A stretch of DNA of 32,000 nt from Horticoccus luteus. GTDB lineage: Bacteria; Verrucomicrobiota; Verrucomicrobiia; Opitutales; Opitutaceae. The position numbers were made by a program, and so were the translations under genes. Location: assembly GCF_019464535.1 (NCBI RefSeq), contig NZ_CP080507.1:1260001-1292000 (forward strand). The letters run 5' to 3'. Shown here one piece after another: positions 31,351-32,000 of the stretch; positions within the stretch are counted from its first letter, which is position 1; each line of letters begins with the position of its first letter. Under the pieces are notes generated by a model. It was not told the origin of the DNA and did no database searches. It saw only the letters and a list, made by a program, of their open reading frames with translations.

Positions 31351-32000
31351 TTATTCGGCGATGAAAACTTTGCGTTGATCGCGCAGGTTGAGGAGGCGGT
31401 CGAAGACGTCCTGGCGGAACATGCCGGTCGGATCGAGAATGGTTTCCGGAGGATAAAGCGAGTTGGGGCCGCGGACCTTGAACCACCATTGGCGGTAGGC
31501 TTCAGTGACGGACTCCTTTTGCGTGGCGTCGTCAGCGACGTAATCGAACTTGAAGCCCTCGAAGCCGGGAAGGGATTGCAGGGTTTTCCAGGCGCCGTAG
31601 CGGACGACGGCGTAAGGGTCGTTGAGTTCGAAGATGGCAAAGGGATAGAGCCAGTCGCGACCGGAGGCCTGTTGCGCGGGCGCCCAACCCATGGCGAGGA
31701 CCGCGATGGCGCGCTGGCGGGCGTCGCCCTTGAGGACCCATTGGACGCCGGTGGCGATCTGATGATCCTCTGCGGTCAACGTGGGCACGGGCTGACCATA
31801 CCACTGCGAAAGTTTGTCGGCGGTCCACGCGAGGGTTTGGTTAAGGTGGCAGAGATTGCAGGCGTTGGGGCGACCGATTTCGGCGGTTTCAGCGGCGGTG
31901 GGCGAAGAGATCTGGTGACTGCGCGTTGCTTTGAGCAGGCCGTAAATTGTTTTCGGCATGTGGCAGTTGTAACAATTGCTGCCTTCTGAACTGGCGGCGT
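31351..32000 (-). CDS. Partial CDS: c-type (multi)haem cytochrome family protein, C-terminal part; the N-terminus lies beyond the right window edge
   Basis: The track ORF starts at Met 31959. My reverse translation stays open upstream to the window edge (...AASSEGSNCYNCHMPKT...). Two CxxCH haem-binding motifs are visible: CYNCH (31960-31974) and CNLCH (31846-31860). A ~165-aa non-haem C-terminal region follows. Confidence 0.65.
   Translation of the reverse strand, partial: AASSEGSNCYNCHMPKTIYGLLKATRSHQISSPTAAETAEIGRPNACNLCHLNQTLAWTADKLSQWYGQPVPTLTAEDHQIATGVQWVLKGDARQRAIAVLAMGWAPAQQASGRDWLYPFAIFELNDPYAVVRYGAWKTLQSLPGFEGFKFDYVADDATQKESVTEAYRQWWFKVRGPNSLYPPETILDPTGMFRQDVFDRLLNLRDQRKVFIAE

Noticed and set aside
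30359-31989. 376-aa minus ORF (30359-31489) and 353-aa plus ORF (30928-31989)
   Set aside because: They overlap punA, the 4-TM protein and the cytochrome gene in wrong frames or on the wrong strand, with Arg-rich or Gly/Glu-rich shadow composition.

Overview
High-GC bacterial chromosomal segment. My hand counts on single 60-nt lines range from 47% to 83% GC, and housekeeping genes sit at about 60-65%. Gene content and several protein signatures suggest Verrucomicrobiota, Opitutaceae-like; this is an inference, not a search result. Most of the window is housekeeping: lipA-lipB, lysS, lolC/E-lolD, the pdhA-pdhB-E2 operon with a clear intrinsic terminator, pyrG-kdsA (ATGA-overlapped), sodA (Mn type), tadA, infA, xerD and punA. 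The accessory content has four parts. (1) A cytoplasmic GH172 (DUF2961) plus GH32-like glycosidase pair. (2) A ~50% GC islet carrying a chloramphenicol-phosphotransferase-like kinase. (3) A PhyH-family oxygenase and a NUDIX hydrolase. (4) A tightly coupled five-gene block at 14313-24416, which is the most interesting part. It encodes a fused PilM-PilN protein, a 300-aa PilO-like protein that from memory resembles Akkermansia Amuc_1100, a 291-aa protein with two PilP-like modules, and an 856-aa secretin with a ~280-aa TPR-like N-terminal extension. The block ends, 18 nt later, in a 1358-aa exported mosaic Ig-repeat protein that terminates in two tandem copies of an unnamed ~135-aa domain. No pilin, secretion ATPase or platform gene is in the window. 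I saw no rRNA, tRNA, CRISPR array or transposase. The many long Arg/Pro/His-rich ORFs in the track are antisense or off-frame shadows of real genes. Two edge-truncated CDSs are absent from the ORF track and were read by hand: 1-326 minus and 31351-32000 minus.
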